64,000 nucleotides of DNA, from positions 22,594,788 through 22,658,787 of the forward strand of contig NC_069006.1 of NCBI RefSeq assembly GCF_001194135.2. Reading direction: 5' to 3'. A program made the position numbers and the translations under genes. Positions 24,192-40,100 of the stretch are shown one piece after another; the stretch's first letter is position 1, and each line of letters begins with the position of its first letter. Source of the stretch: Octopus bimaculoides (taxonomy: Eukaryota). Below the pieces are notes generated by a model, which was given only the letters and a program-made list of their open reading frames with translations, was not told the DNA's origin and searched no databases.

Positions 24192-27100
24192 ATGGAAACA
24201 TTTGAATTCCATCTTCCCATCTCCAGGAATGATCTTTTACGACGCAGTACACCTCAGCAATATGTTGTTGAACTTATTGGCTTTAGGCATTTGCCTGGAG
24301 CCTTGGAAAGTAAGCAGTCGAGTTTATCTTTTCAGTGTTTTAGAGAGAATAGCAGTGGTTTGGCAGGAATGGCAGTGGAGTTTTAGAAATGGTAGTTCGT
24401 CCATCTCAGAAAAATACAGGTGTTTCAGAAATATGATGGATTGTCCTTCTGGTCCTTAAAAAAAAAGGATTATGGGTTAAAAAAAAATTTATATTTATAG
24501 TAGGAACACCATTGAGAGCTACCAGAAGAATGTATGAGAGCTGCATCCATCCCTGGGTACTGTAGTTGAGGACCATTACTGTGGAGGCATTGCTAATTTT
24601 AAAGATAAAAAATTTATATTGTATTTGATGTATCTATATTTGTCTACATACCACTGGCCGCTCAGATGATTTCTCTTGGTGCATTTTTGTTTGAATTACT
24701 TAACTCTCTCTCTGAGTGGTGAGCTGTTTGATGCTGGCCATGATGGAGCAGATGTGATGAATGGTTTTTCAGTTATAAACATCTTCACCTTGTACAGCAC
24801 CAGTACTTTTAATGTGGCACCAACACTAGTGCTTTTATTGTGGCACCAACACTAGTGCTTTTAATGTGGCACCATCACTGGTATCAATTTCTGCTGTGGC
24901 AGACTGGGTTTCTTCAGTACAGCAGTGTGCTAAATATCTTGACCCCCTAGTCATCTCCTTCATAAGGCTCAGTACCTTGGAATTGGCCCTCAATACTTCA
25001 TCCCATGTCTTCCTGGGTCTCCCTCTTCCGCAGGATCCCTCCACTTTAAATGATTGGCACTTTCGTATGCAACTGTCTACATCTATATGTATCTCATGAC
25101 CAAACCAGCACAGTGCATCTAATTCCTCTTATGCCCAGCTTTTCCCTCATTACACTAGTGTTCTGTCGCACATGTACACTGATATTGCACCAGTAATATA
25201 TTGCCATAAACAACTTTTATGAAAAGTTTTCTATTGCAATCCATTTTCCTTTCTGAGTTTTGTTTGTTAAAACAAAATAAATATGCTGTATTAATTTCAA
25301 ATTGGATTAAAATCCAGAAATGATTAATTATGTTATTTTGTTATTTATAGACTTCAGAGTGACCATGCGAACTGGGGGTTACCTGACCATTTTAGAACAA
25401 TTTAATGTTCCTTTCAGTATCCTGTGGTGAGTAGTATTTTTTAGTTCTTATTATATAATTAGGCACATGGCCTAGTGGTTAGGGTGTTGCACTCACAATT
25501 GGTAGATCATGGGTTTGATTCCCAGAAGTGGGCGGTGTGTTGTGTTCTTGAGCAAAACACTTCATTTCACATTGTTCCTGTTCACTCAACTGTAAATGGG
25601 TAGCCCTGTGATGCAATAGTCTTCCGATCAGGGGAAATGTTGGCCTGCTCACCTAGCTAGCAGGGTGGCATCATTCAGAAGTTCAAACACTGCAAAGCGC
25701 ATTGTGACTAGTGATGTATAACAACATCCAATAGTCTGGTCAATACCATGATTATATAATTATATTGTGTGTGTGTTTTCTACATATATATATATATATA
25801 TTCTTTTATTCTTTTCAGTCATTTTGACTGACCATGCTGGAGCATCACCTACAGGAGTTTTAGTCGAACAAATCGACCCCAGGACTTATTCTTTGTATAG
25901 TACATTACATTATTTCTGTTATGACTACTTAACCATTTGACATCTTTCTACATAACCATCATCTTTATTACCATTATTATTTTCCTTTTCCTATTTAATA
26001 ATTTTTTTTTTTTTTTTTTTCTTATACATATTTTTCCATTCAATGAAATGAAATCATGCTGAGATATTCTATTTCTTTACCAGTTCTGATGCTGAATCTT
26101 CTCAGGCTCTGCGTGAAAATGTCTGGCAAGTTCTTCTCAAAGGTAAGACATGTTCAGTTTTCTTTTTTTTTCTTTTCCTGGGCTATAATCATGGTGGGTT
26201 GATTGTATCAACCACCTACTTCATTGTCTATTAACTGCTTTTTTTTTCTTATCAAATAATTAAGTGGATCTTTGACACAAGTTTGGTATCAATTTGTTCC
26301 ATTTATAAAGAGCTTGGAAATGATTCATTTATCACTGTTTCTTTTTGGAACATCAAACCCCCATGATGAAATGAGGATAGATGTACCATTATTTAATACT
26401 GATCTCATAAAAGAATTGTGGAATAAGTCTGTTAGTAACAATTATCTAGGAAATATTACTTACATACAAGGTTTTTTTTTTCCCCCCCACCATAGGTATG
26501 TTTTCATTTGTCAGAAGTCTACAATGTTTGATTGAGAAATTTCCAATACCCAACAACAGCAGAATGCAGCACTTGAATGCTCTTAAGATGATCTGTTACT
26601 TAATGTGTCAGCTATCTGATAGCTTTGAAGGTGAAGAATCCAAGGTGAACATGATCCAGGTAGGGTAAAACTTTTATGTTATTTTTTTAATTAGATTATG
26701 TGCTTAAGAAAAGAACAGAATTCTTAAAACGAAATTACTGCAAGCTTCTTTTTTTCTTTATTTTTCTATCTTAAACAAATTATTCAATGTAACTTTTTGA
26801 TTTCTTAAGCATAAGGCCACTTTTCATAACTTTCAAAGTGGTGCCCCAGCATGGCCATAGTCAAATTGATTGAAACAAGTAAAAGGAAAGACAATGTTGC
26901 CTTCTAGTTTTTGCTGTGGGTCTTCATAATCATCCTCATTGTTTAACGTTTTTCTTTTTCTTTTTTCTTGTTGTCGGGGGTACACACTTTATATGCTATC
27001 ATATACAGGGTATATTTATATTTTTATTTTTCTAGGGTCGTAAAAAGAAATCAGCAGACACCTTTCGGACTATTGATTGGCCTTATGAAAAGGAAGCATT

Positions 27101-28109
27101 TCTGAAAGTTCTTTTGGAGTTGGTTGTGTTGGACCTCGATAAGTTGTGGGAGCCACCTGTTGCTGAAGAAGACTTTATCAAGTGAGCTTTATACAACTAC
27201 TTTCAGTCCATGTGTATATAAATTCTACATTGTCTTTACATTAGGTTTTTCTATGCTGGTTGGACTTGGATGAGACTTGTTGAAGTAATATACTCTGACC
27301 ATATAGCCTTCTTGGTGTTGACCCTTACTTGATTTTCAGGAAAGATGTGTGGATTAGTGGTTAGAGCAGCGTTTCTCAACAGGGGTTCCCCGGAACCCTA
27401 GAGTTTTGCGAAAGGCTCCTAGGGATTTTGCAAGAAAGAGTGAGATATGCTAATATGCACAACATATTATTGGTTATTGTAATATTGTAATATAGATATC
27501 CTGTCTGACCTGCTTGTTGTCAAAATAATATAACAACCACACACACACACACACACATCATCATCATCATTTAACGTTCGGTTTCCATGCTAGCATGGGT
27601 TGGACAATTTGACTGGGGACTGGCAAACCAGATGGCTACACCAGACTCCAACACCACGTGAACCATGAAGGAAAATATGGGAAAGCTATGGTGTATAATT
27701 TTTGTGCAGGGGTTCCTTGAGATGTAATTTATTTTAAGGGTTACGCAAGGGTAAAAAGGTTGAGAAACACTGGGTTAGAGTATTCAGCTCACAATTGAAA
27801 GGTCTAAAATTATTCTAAAAATATGCCAAGTGTATCATCAAAATCTCAAAGCGATGAGATAATGCATGATTAATTCAAATCAGTGTGAATAAATAAGCAT
27901 TACAGTTGACAAAAATAATCTGAACACTTAGGGGTTAAAAAAATTCGTATTATTTTTATAATTAAATATTTTTAGGAATTGTATAAAAAATTTGTTAAAA
28001 TCTTTTGTGAATTGTAGAAGTATAACCAATTTATTGCCAATAAATTTTAACAATATAATCTTAGATAGACCCCAGTTGAAAGCCACTGGGCTAAGTACTG
28101 ATATTTCTT

Positions 28110-28149
<40 letters not shown>

Positions 28150-31100
28150 CTTTCTAGTTTCTTTGTTATCATCTAATATTGTAAATCCTATAATCTTGCA
28201 CTGTTTGTCATTTAATTATTATTATTTTCTTTTGCAGTTTGATTATTTCATGCTGCTACAATCTTCTCCAGAATCCCAGTATAAGTCGACAGAAGGACAC
28301 AAAGGAGTTTATTGGCAACATACTTGGTGTTCTGGTGAAACGACATAACCGAGCATTATGTAATTGATCCTCGTCTCTTTCTGTCTTTGTATTGTAGTGG
28401 TTGTAATGACAGCAATGGATAGGACAGATTCTGTGTGTGTGTGTGTCTCTCTCTCTCTCTCTATCCTGTCCCATTTCTGTACTATTATGTGTCTGCAAGG
28501 AGACCAGATATGTGTGTATCTGCCCAGTTTTATTATCAATTATTATCCATGCCCACGACAGCCTTGATTAAGTGGACCCGTGGTCAAAGTTCCTCCAGCC
28601 TTGGCCATCCTATGTTTTTTTCATACACGGTGTGTTATTTTGTGTGCTTTTTTAAGATGGACATGATTTGAGGGGGAATTTGACTGCTGGTTTTAGCAGG
28701 TGAATTAAACGGCTGAGGTTCCTTCCCTTAGTTGGTTTATGTTCGGCAAAAGGGTCCAATAGAATAAGTGTTGGGCATATACAAAAAAAGTCCCTGGGTC
28801 GATTTGTTCAACTAAACCCTTCAAGTTAGTCGAAATAAGTAAATGGTGAAAAGATTGATTTATCTGTAGTTTTTGTTGATGTTGGTGTTCTGATAATAAT
28901 GATTTCACATTTTGGCACAAGGCCAGCAATTTCGGAGCAGGAATTAAGTCAATCACATCGACCCCAGTGCCCAACTGGTACTTTATCAAGGACGAAAGGC
29001 AAAGTCAGCCTCAGCAGTATTTAAACTCAGATCGTAGCGATGGGTGAAATACCACTATGCATTTCGTCCAGCGTGCTAATGATTCTGCCAGCTCGCCACC
29101 ATGGTGTTCTGATAATAATCCTTTCTGCTATAGGCACACGGCCTGAAATTTTGCGGGAGTAGGATAGTCGATTACAGCGAACCCCAGTGTTCAACTGGTA
29201 CTTATTTTATCGACCCCGAAAGGATGAAAGGTAAAATTGACCTCGGCAGAATTTGAACTCAGAATGTAGCGACAGGTGAAATACTGCTAAGCGTTTCATC
29301 CAGCAGGCTAACAATTCTGCCAGCTTGTCATTTTATGTGTTCTGATAATAACAGCAATGTTTTTATTATATTCTGTCTGTTTGTCTTCTAGGTAACAGTT
29401 TGAGGATTTTGCAACTCCTACAACATCATGAACATACCATAAGCTCACTTGTACAGGTAACCGAGATCATTGTTACTAAGTACGGTGCAACCAAGATAGT
29501 GTTTCTGATAATGAGGTTGGTAGGCTCGAGTTTATTGCTTTTTATTCTGTTTTGTTTTTTTATTGCTAATATCTGCATCTTGTTTGAGGCTTTATAATGA
29601 TATGTTATTCAGAATGTATGAAACAAGTTACCATGGTTGGAAGAAATTGAGAATGTATGTCATATGATGCATGGCCTCCTGGAAATATATCCCATGTGTC
29701 ACATGTAATACATGAGACAGGCAAAGGGTTAATAACTGGGGAGTTTTGTGTGTGTGTTATTGATTTTTGATACTGATTTCAACTTCTAAAATGTAAACAT
29801 TCTTTTTACGTTCTTAGAGAGATTGGTCGTTTGGATTCTAAGGAGATCAGCAATGATTCATCCGGTACGAAAGCATACGCTACTTTTTTAGTTGATCTTT
29901 CTGCCAAGATACCACAAGCGGTCTTCCAAAATATTAGCTTATTGATGCCCTGCTTGGAGATGGAAGTAAGTATGAACAAGTTCTGTATTGTTTAACTCAA
30001 TAACCCACAACCCATTTCTGAGAAGTTTTTTCTAAGTGACAATGCATATACAGTGTTAAACATAAATAGATGTCTTTTATTGAAAATGTATCTTAATCCT
30101 TTCGCATTTAAACTGGCTAGATCTGGCCTCTCACACCAACCCTGGTAAATTTGTAGTTTTGTAAGAAATATTTATTATTGAATGATTCCTTATTTATTTT
30201 TGTTTTTGTTGTAATTTTCAGTCTAGCACGATGAGAAACTGTTTTCTTTGTGTTATCAAAGAGATTATTGTAAATGTGTTGAGTCCAGAGAATTTGGAAG
30301 CTTCCTTGAAGAAGACCAAAGACCAATTCTTCATTATTCTTAAGGTAAGGTATCCCTTTCATGTTTACCGCCCTTTTACTGGGTATTGTCCAGTGTGGTG
30401 CTGTGTGGTTAAAAAGTTCAGTTTGTAACCACATGGTCTTGGGTTCGGTCCCACTGTGCAGCATCTTGTACAGATGATTCAGTATATGTGTGTGTGTGTC
30501 TGTGACTTTGTGTATGGCTGTATGACAAATATATGCAGTGTGATTCTGGTGTGTAACATGTATGCATGTATGTAAACCTAAATGTGTGTACACACATAAC
30601 ACTCGCGCATTCACTGATCTGCAATTGTAAAATGGTTAAACAACCCATGACTGAAAGACTTCCAGCTAAACCAAAATCTGGCATCAACATTTGTTTATTT
30701 CTAGGACCATGTCCACGATGTCCATGCTTTTGTAAGAAGTAAAGTGTTACAGATTTGGCTTGAGATTGTCCAGCAGCAGGTTAGTTATTGTGTTTGTTTT
30801 CTCAAATTGGAATCTGCATTCACAGGGTTGTGTATATGTATGTATATAATCTATTTATGTGTATATATATGTAATTTTTATTCATATATCTATATAATGT
30901 GAAGGTACGTGGCTCAGAAATTATTTTATTTGAAATAGTTTATTTTATGTTTCCATTTAGGAAGAAAATATAAAACCAAACAAACATTTCTTTTTCAGTG
31001 TTTACCATTATCTCATCAAGAAGAACTCACAGGTCTTGTCGTGGGTCGTTTGAATGATAAAGCAGCTAATGTCCGGCGCTATGCCATTCAGCTTTTGACT

Positions 31101-34100
31101 GCTTTGCTCCAGATGAATCCATTTGCACATAAGGTTTGTATTGGTCAGCTCCCTACTGTATCATGTCATTAAAATAGTGTTCTTCCATTTCAGCTGCTTT
31201 TTGTTCAAGTTTTACTGTTTGTTAACTGATGGAGGAATGTAATTAAGAAATGGAAAATATTGCATTGGTTAAGGTCACGGTCACTGGTCATTGCCTCGGT
31301 GAGACCTAAAGTATGAATTGTTTCTTTTTATTTCTTTCACATAAATAACACTCTAACTTTTTCTTCTTTTTTTTTAACTTGATAAAAAAAAAAACCACCT
31401 TCTACTCTGGTAGAGATGAAACAGTAAAATTATTCTCACCTACAGTCACTATATTTTAAGCTTATTTTATTTATAGCTTCAATATGAAGATCTGAAAGAA
31501 AATTACACACAAGAAAAAGAGAAACTTGATAAAATGTTGGAAGAAAATAGTTCATCTGAAGGTTGGTATACCTTTTTCTATAATAACTATAATCGATAAA
31601 AAAAGAAAAAAGATGTTTCTAAAATTAAATTTTGTAGCCAAAAGCCATGTTGGTTACAAGTTTTCAGTGATTCATCATCACTATCGTTATTTAACAATCA
31701 TTTTCCGTACTGGCATGGGTTGGATGGTTTGACAAGATTCAGCAAGCCACAGGGTTACATTGAGCTTCATTGTAAATAACTAAAAATCTTTGAACTTTTT
31801 TCTTACCCTCTACTTCTATTATTATCTTCAGATCCTGATCTGGTACTTATGAAGGAGAAATGGTCAAGTCATGAAAATGCCATGAAGGAAGTCTTTGAGG
31901 AACTTCCTTCTGTGTCTCCTGATGACTATGAAGATATAATTGGTGACGATGACACTTCTGACAGGTAAGCCTATAGAAGTGGTAGGAATTTAATTAACCC
32001 TTATTGTGCGAGAACCAAGTATGCTCAGTTCTCGTGTGCTTCAGTTGCAGTAAATCTGCCTCAATAAATTTCGTCTAACCCATGCAATCATAGAAATATG
32101 GACGTTAAAACAATCATGATGTTGTAATTACTTACACACACAAATGATGGGCTTCTGAACAATTTTCTTCTACCATATTGCATTCACAGATTATAATGGA
32201 AGATCTTTATGTAATGTAATTCTAAACACAATTTTTTATATGATTTCTTTTGCAACTGTATATCTGCTATAACTTTATATGTCCATTTCTTACAGCATTA
32301 TGAATACAATCGTTTCAACTATTGATGAGAAAGATTATAACAAGAGTCGTTTGTACTTGCTGGCTGCCAATACCATCTGGCCTGACGTGTTTGTGTTGGA
32401 TTTGCATCAATCCGATGAGTACGTATTTTTTATTTCATTTATATTTGTGCATAATATGTGAAGTCCCTCTAACTTTTGTGTTGCCTCAAGTCCTTCTATG
32501 GCCTGCGTAGTGCCAGTAAGGCAAAAATAGCCAGTTACTGAGACTGAGTTCTTTATTCTGAAATGCATGAAAGTTTTTTATATTTCAACTAAGGGATTTT
32601 TATTTATTTATTTAAATTTTTTCATTTAATATTTTGCAGTTCAGAAGAAACTGAAGATGAAAGTAATGTTCCTGTGGAAGTCGTTGTCAAAGGATTGAAA
32701 GATGTCTATTTAGGTGAGAAATCTGTAAAGAATTTATATTTATATAGGATTAATTCTATTGTTGACTTAAAGACCCCCCTTTGGTCATGAAGGACCATAG
32801 GATTGCACCTAGAAAGTTCCCTTCCAAGGTACACGTTTGGGCAAGGTTGTTTTCTAAGTTCAGCATTTCTTAAAAAAATTAGGGATTTACTAAATTTTAC
32901 TTTTAATATGTGTTATTTCTTGACAATTTTTTTTACAAGGAAAACACCAAGTGTTGGCTGTGTCTCAAGCAGCTGTCAATCCCATTCAAACCAGTGAAGT
33001 GGAAGTTAACGATCTGTCGAAGCAACAAATTTTAGTCCTGTATTTAAAGGTAAACTTTACAAGTAATTTTCAGCTACTTTCTTTATCACCATCATCATCA
33101 TCATAATAATGTCCACTTGCATGGATTAGATAGAATTTATTGAGGCAGATTTTCTACTGCTAGGTGACTTCCTGTCACCATCTGTTTCCATGTAAGGGTA
33201 TATTTTTGTATGGTTGGACATGTTTTCAAGCGATATTGGAAATGAAGGACATCCCTTGTATGACTGTAATGATCATTTATAATTATTGTGTCATACCAAG
33301 GCCATATCGCATGCATTCTCTGTCTCGCTGTTTCTCTCTCTCTCTCAACAAGCCTGGTTAGTTGTATGCATGCAGCACAACAGAGGGAACAATAATCTTG
33401 ACCAGCTGGCCTTTGGACGTGGGGAGGGTACTTACAGTTAAAGATATATACATCATCATCATCATCATCATCGTGTAACGTCCGCTTTCCATGCTAGCAT
33501 GGGTTGGACGATTTGACTGAGGACTGGCAAGCCAGAAGGCTGCACCAGGCTCCAATCTGATCTGGCAGAGTTTCTACAGCTGGATGCCCTTCCTAATGCC
33601 AACCACTCCGAGAGTGTAAAATATATACAAAGATATATATACAAAGTCATAAATGACAGAAATATTTTGATGAACTTTTATTTAACAATAAGAAAAATCC
33701 TAATATCACAACAAATTGTTTCGTAACTGAAAGACCTGCAAATAATTTATATTATGATATTTAATAATAAGTCAATAAATAGCTCTTGTGTGGATAAACA
33801 TTGATGTTAAAATATTCCAGTTCTGACTCAACTCTTTGAATGATTCCATTTCAGGATTCTTTGACATTTAGTGGTCAGGTGAAAGAAGCCATTCCAATTC
33901 TGTGTCAGATGTTACATTCCAAGGTGAACTCTGACATCCTTGAAACAATTGAATTCTTTGTAACAAGCTTTGCCTTTGGAATGCCCCATGGCTTAGTTGG
34001 TATCCGGAAGATTTTGTTGTTGCTTAATTCTTCAAAAGACAGCACCATCAAAGAAGCAGCTGTGAATGCTTATAGAAGAATCTATTTGAATCTTGATGCA

Positions 34101-37100
34101 GAAAATGAAAGGTGAGTATGTGTGGGATTCCTCTTCTATCATTATTTAACATCCGCTTTTCCATGCTTGCATGAGTCAGATAGAATTTGTTAAGACAGAT
34201 TGGGGTTTTTTTTTCTGCAGCTCTTCCTTTTGCCAACCCTCACTTATTTCTAAGCCAGGTAATATATCTCCCCATGGATGACAGAAAAGGAACAACATTG
34301 TATGACTGTCATGCTTATTTACAATCAGCACATATCAAGACAAAGTATGCACCAACACACTAATTGCTTGTAAGGACACCATATTTGGTTTTGCAACCAA
34401 AATATACTATCAAGTACATTAAAGGCTTACAGGTCAATACTGTGTCCTACCTGTGTTAGCAGTGCGATTCAGTCAATTTTTAAAATTATCTCTACAAATT
34501 CCTTTTGATCAACAAAGAAATTACTGATTTCATTCCTTGTTTTTCTTTTTGTTTTCTCTTCATTTAATTTTTGAATTTGCCTCCCTAAATATATTTTTTC
34601 TCTGTCTAATTTCAGGAGCAAAGCTCTCAAAGTGGTTGGTAATCTAACAGCCCTGATGAAAAATGTTTCTGTGGAAGAGTTCATTTCACTGGATGCTGTG
34701 GTTAGTGTTTGTCTACCCCCCCCCCTTGTCTTCTCCACCCCACCCCATCCCATCATAATTTTTTTTGCTCATTTTTCCATAAAATTTATGTGGTTTAGAA
34801 TACGTATGCATATTCAAAAGTGTGTAAGTGATTTGAGAGAAAAATTGGGTAGACGTAGCATCAGATGTAGTGTACAAGAAAGAAGACTACACTGGTATGG
34901 CCATTTAATGCTGAAATATTTGCATCATTTTAAATTAATTATGCATTATTTCATTAGCCTTCAGATTTTGATGATGTGATTGTTTATTTGTAAAACGACA
35001 CTGGGGTAGGTGTGAAAGTCCAGATCTGACCAGTTTGTAGATAAAACAGGTAGAATATTTTGACCAAATATGGCCAGTTTAAATGCTAAAGGGTTAAAGC
35101 AATATTTATAAATGCATACAGGCTTGTCCCTTCGGGTGCTGGCACCACTGAAAAGCACCCATGCTGGTGCTGCATAAATGCACCCGTGCTGCGGTCGTTG
35201 TAATCGACTCCCNNNNNNNNNNNNNNNNNNNNNNNNNNNNNNNNNNNNNNNNNNNNNNNNNNNNNNNNNNNNNNNNNNNNNNNNNNNNNNNNNNNNNNNN
35301 NNNNNNNNNNNNNNNNNNNNNNNNNNNNNNNNNNNNNNNNNNNNNNNNNNNNNNNNNNNNNNNNNNNNNNNNNNNNNNNNNNNNNNNNNNNNNNNNNNNN
35401 NNNNNNNNNNNNNNNNNNNNNNNNNNNNNNNNNNNNNNNNNNNNNNNNNNNTACTGCATTGAATTTACTCATGATGGCTGCTGGGTAAGTGTGAAGTGCT
35501 TCAAAGTCCTTTGTGGTCACTTTATTCTTTTAGTATACTAAATACCATAAATCAGTGGTTCTCGACCATTTTTTGCCTATGGACCCCATAAATTACTTTT
35601 TCTCTTTTTTTAAACAACACTTTAGGGGTGACTCTAAAATTATCAAAAGCAATATCGCTGTACTTGTTAGCGAGGGACTGGGACCACGAGCTGAGAAAGA
35701 TTTCAGAATTGCTAAGGATACATGTTTGGCTCTTATGAAGATTGGTTCTGCCCAAAAGGTTTGTCTTCAATTAACTTTTATATAATTTCATTTCATGTTG
35801 TTATTGTTGAACTCCATTGCAGTTCTAGCTGAATAGACTATCTTTTGGTTACGTGAATGAGGGTTTCAGTTCATCTGGTCAAAGAGAACATCCTGCTTGT
35901 GAAATTTAATGTGTAAGTGGCTGAGCACTCCACAGACACGTGTACCCTTAATATAGTTCTCATGGATGTTCAGTGTGACACAGAATGTGACAAGGCTGGC
36001 CCCTTTTGAATTACAGGTACAACTCACTTTATCCAGTTGAATGGACTGGAGCAATGTGAAATAAAGTGTCTTGCTCAAGGATACAACGCATCGCCAGGAA
36101 TTGAACTCATGACCTTCTGACTGTAAGTTGAATACCCTAACTGCTAAGTCATGTGCCTGTGAAGGCTGAACAGACTGATGATCAAAGGTGTTCCAGTCAT
36201 GACCATTCCATGTAAATTGTTTTTAACAACTTACCTATTACTATATCCATACACAATGGGCTTCTTTCAGTTTCCATCTACCAAATCCACTCACAAGGCT
36301 TTAGTCAGCCCAAGGCTATAGTAGAAGACACTTGCCCAAGGTGCCACGCTCTGGAACTGAACCCGGAACCATATGTTTGAGAAGCAAGCTTCTTGTTTGT
36401 CTTCCACCACTACTTGGCAACTGGTGTTGGTTTGTTTACTCCCTGTCACTTAGCAGTTTGGTAAAAAAAATATCAATAAAATAAGTATCTGACTTTAAAA
36501 CCAAGTACTGGGTTGGTTTGTTCAACTAAAATCCTTCAAAGTGGTGCTCCACTCTGGCCACAGTCTAATAATGATTGAAACTAGTCGAAGATAAAAGCTG
36601 ACCATTCTTGCTATTTCTTCCTCAGCAAATTGGAATGGCTGCACCACCACCCTACCGCTTAGACAGAGACCATGAGCTCTTTACGCGACTCCAGGACTTG
36701 CTTCTGACAGGTAAGAGTCTTGATTTGACTCCATGTTTTCTTTCATGTTTCTCATTCTTGTTTTTGTAATGCAACTGTTTTGCCCTTTTACCAGGGCTGT
36801 GGAGTCGAAACAAAAAGCTTCAACTTTGACTCTGACTCCTGTACTATTGGCACCTCCGACTCTGACCCCTCTTTATGTAATTAACTGATTGTGGTCTATA
36901 TATCGCATAAAGCATATGCATACGTTTGTACTTTAAATAGGCCTATATGTTAGAACTGGTTTATATTAGAGAATAAAGATATTGTGAGTCAGAGTCAGTA
37001 TAGTTTTACTGACTCCGACTCCAGCTACCCCTTAATTGTTTTCGACTCCATGACTCTGATTTGAATTTGGTGCATAAAGAGCCTAACGATTCTGCCAATC

Positions 37101-40100
37101 CTCTACCCCTAGTAATAATTATAATGGTTACTGATTAAGGTACAAGGCCAGTAACCCTAAGGGGAGGGGGATTGTTGATGCCTTCCTACACCCAGTATTT
37201 GACTTATATTTTATATTCACCCACACTTTTGTTGCCAAAGCCTGTTCTTAAATATGCTAGATTCTGTATTAAAATTGAATTTTCTTTCACCTCAGGTCTC
37301 TTTGATTTGGAAAATGAATTTTGGGTTCCTCTCTGTGACAAGGCTGTCTGCACAATTTACACTCTGTCTGAGAGTCCCGACCACAGATGTGAGCAACTGG
37401 TGAAATCTGTGGCAGAGAAGGCTCTCTCTTTGAAAACTGGTAAATATAACATCTACATAAATTTATGAGAGTGTGTGTGTGTATCTTTATGTGAAAGATA
37501 TTCTGATTCTAATAAAATGTATAGTGGACTATCCAACATCACTACATGTTTCGAAGGGCATCCAGCCATAGAAACCATGCTAAATCAGACTGGAACTTAG
37601 TGCAGCTCTCCAGCTTACCACTTTCAGTCAAACTGTCTAACCCATGCCAGCAGGGAAAGCAGACACTAAGTGATGATGATGGCCACCATCCTAATCATTG
37701 TCTCAGCTTTTCCAGTTTTTTTACGATGATTCTTTTCTACTTGCAGAGACAGAAAATGATTCCGGTCCCACCTCCGGTTCCAATTGTCAAACTGGTGTGC
37801 TGGTACGGTTCGTCTTTCTCATTGGTTGTATTGCTCATAGGCAGCTAGAGCACATGGACAGAGACCTTCTTACTGAGATGAAGCGAAGAAATGCTTTGCT
37901 TGAGAAAGCTAAACTCAAAAAGAAATCCCGAAAGAATCCAGTATGTATAAGTATACTTATATAAATACATTTGCAGCAATGTTTTGTTTGTCTGTCTTAA
38001 AAGAATATCATTATTTCTCAACAAATGTTTTCCAAAATTTGCCCACAACCCCAGGTTCATCTTAGAATAAAGAAAAGAATTCTAGGTCTATCTTTCCATT
38101 GAGTAAAATCAGGAGGGCTCAAGAAAAGAGTATGTGAAAGATTGATTGATATGAGGGAGTGGTATACTACTCTTCCCTTGTCTCTCTGTCTCTTACTAAC
38201 TCTCTCTCTCCCCCTCACTCTTTCTCAGTGACTCGTACTAATATTCTGTTGCTATTACATGCAAGTTATTTGGTGGGGTGAGCTGTCAGCATGTGAGACT
38301 AAATGCTTAATGGAATTTTGCCTGTCCTTCCAGTCTGAGTTCAAATTTTGCTGAGGTCAACTCTGCCTCTCGTCCTTTCAGGGTCGATGAAATCAGTACC
38401 AGTCAAGTGCTGTGGGGGTCAATGAAATTGACTAGCTCCCTTCCCCCAAAATTTCAGGCCTTGTACCTAGAGTAGAAAGGATTATATGCAAGTTATTATT
38501 AACATTGTTCACTGATTTATGACAGATGATTGAGTCCTGATTATCATTTTTAACTCAGACAATTCCCGGGTAAAGACACTGATATTATTTTGTGTTTTAC
38601 TCCAGAATGTTACATCAACCACTGCCAATAGCACTTCAGTTGAGGAAGAATTAGGTCTGACAGGAGCTTCAGCAGAAGATGATGAATATGAATACATTAG
38701 AAAAGTCTGTGAAACAGAAATTCTCACAGGTAAGCATCAATTCTCCTCAAAACTGTAACTTTAAATTAATTACCAACAAGTATGCATTTGTTCCTTCTTA
38801 TTTTCTTCTTTTCAGTGTTGACTTTTATTATTTTTCTTGTCCCCACCCCCACTTATAAACCATTCAATGAAATTTCACCAGAAATATTTTCATATCATTT
38901 TTTTTTTTTTTTTGTCCCCTCAGAACCTGCAACCAATTTTCATATCTATTTATATAAACTTTTGATATATTTCGGGTATTTACTTTTGACACTGAAAAAC
39001 AAGCTTTATTTTTTGAGACTGAACTCAGGACATAGAAGTTTCAGGGTCTCTGTGGGTTGTTGGGTCAGTGCTGCTTAGTCTGATATTGTTTGCCAGCATT
39101 GTCAATAATCCTGCATTAAATGAANNNNNNNNNNNNNNNNNNNNNNNNNNNNNNNNNNNNNNNNNNNNNNNNNNNNNNNNNNNNNNNNNNNNNNNNNNNN
39201 NNNNNNNNNNNNNNNNNNNNNNNNNNNNNNNNNNNNNNNNNNNNNNNNNNNNNNNNNNNNNNNNNNNNNNNNNNNNNNNNNNNNNNNNNNNNNNNNNNNN
39301 NNNNNNNNNNNNNNNNNNNNNNNNNNNNNNNNNNNNNNNNNNNNNNNNNNNNNNNNNNNNNNNNNNNNNNNNNNNNNNNNNNNNNNNNNNNNNNNNNNNN
39401 NNNNNNNNNNNNNNNNNNNNNNNNNNNNNNNNNNNNNNNNNNNNNNNNNNNNNNNNNNNNNNNNNNNNNNNNNNNNNNNNNNNNNNNNNNNNNNNNNNNN
39501 NNNNNNNNNNNNNNNNNNNNNNNNNNNNNNNNNNNNNNNNNNNNNNNNNNNNNNNNNNNNNNNNNNNNNNNNNNNNNNNNNNNNNNNNNNNNNNNNNNNN
39601 NNNNNNNNNNNNNNNNNNNNNNNNNNNNNNNNNNNNNNNNNNNNNNNNNNNNNNNNNNNNNNNNNNNNNNNNNNNNNNNNNNNNNNNNNNNNNNNNNNNN
39701 NNNNNNNNNNNNNNNNNNNNNNNNNNNNNNNNNNNNNNNNNNNNNNNNNNNNNNNNNNNNNNNNNNNNNNNNNNNNNNNNNNNNNNNNNNNNNNNNNNNN
39801 NNNNNNNNNNNNNNNNNNNNNNNNNNNNNNNNNNNNNNNNNNNNNNNNNNNNNNNNNNNNNNNNNNNNNNNNNNNNNNNNNNNNNNNNNNNNNNNNNNNN
39901 NNGTTTCCTAATCTTATTGAGCCCTGGACTGCCCATATGTATGCCAGGTAAACCTCTCTTTCTGATACTGTTCAGTGTTGCTAATTAAAAACTAGTTAAT
40001 TAGTGACTTCTGACATTACTGTGCTGACTTCGACAATAAAGAAACGGGATGTTCTTGGAACACTTTCGATCATAGTTCTGCTAAATCGGGTCTGACCTGA

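Noticed and set aside
31180-31345. H/ACA snoRNA-like double hairpin in an NCAPD2 intron
   Set aside because: The lower stem of hairpin 2 is weak, no ACA lies 14-16 nt from the pocket, and no target was identified.
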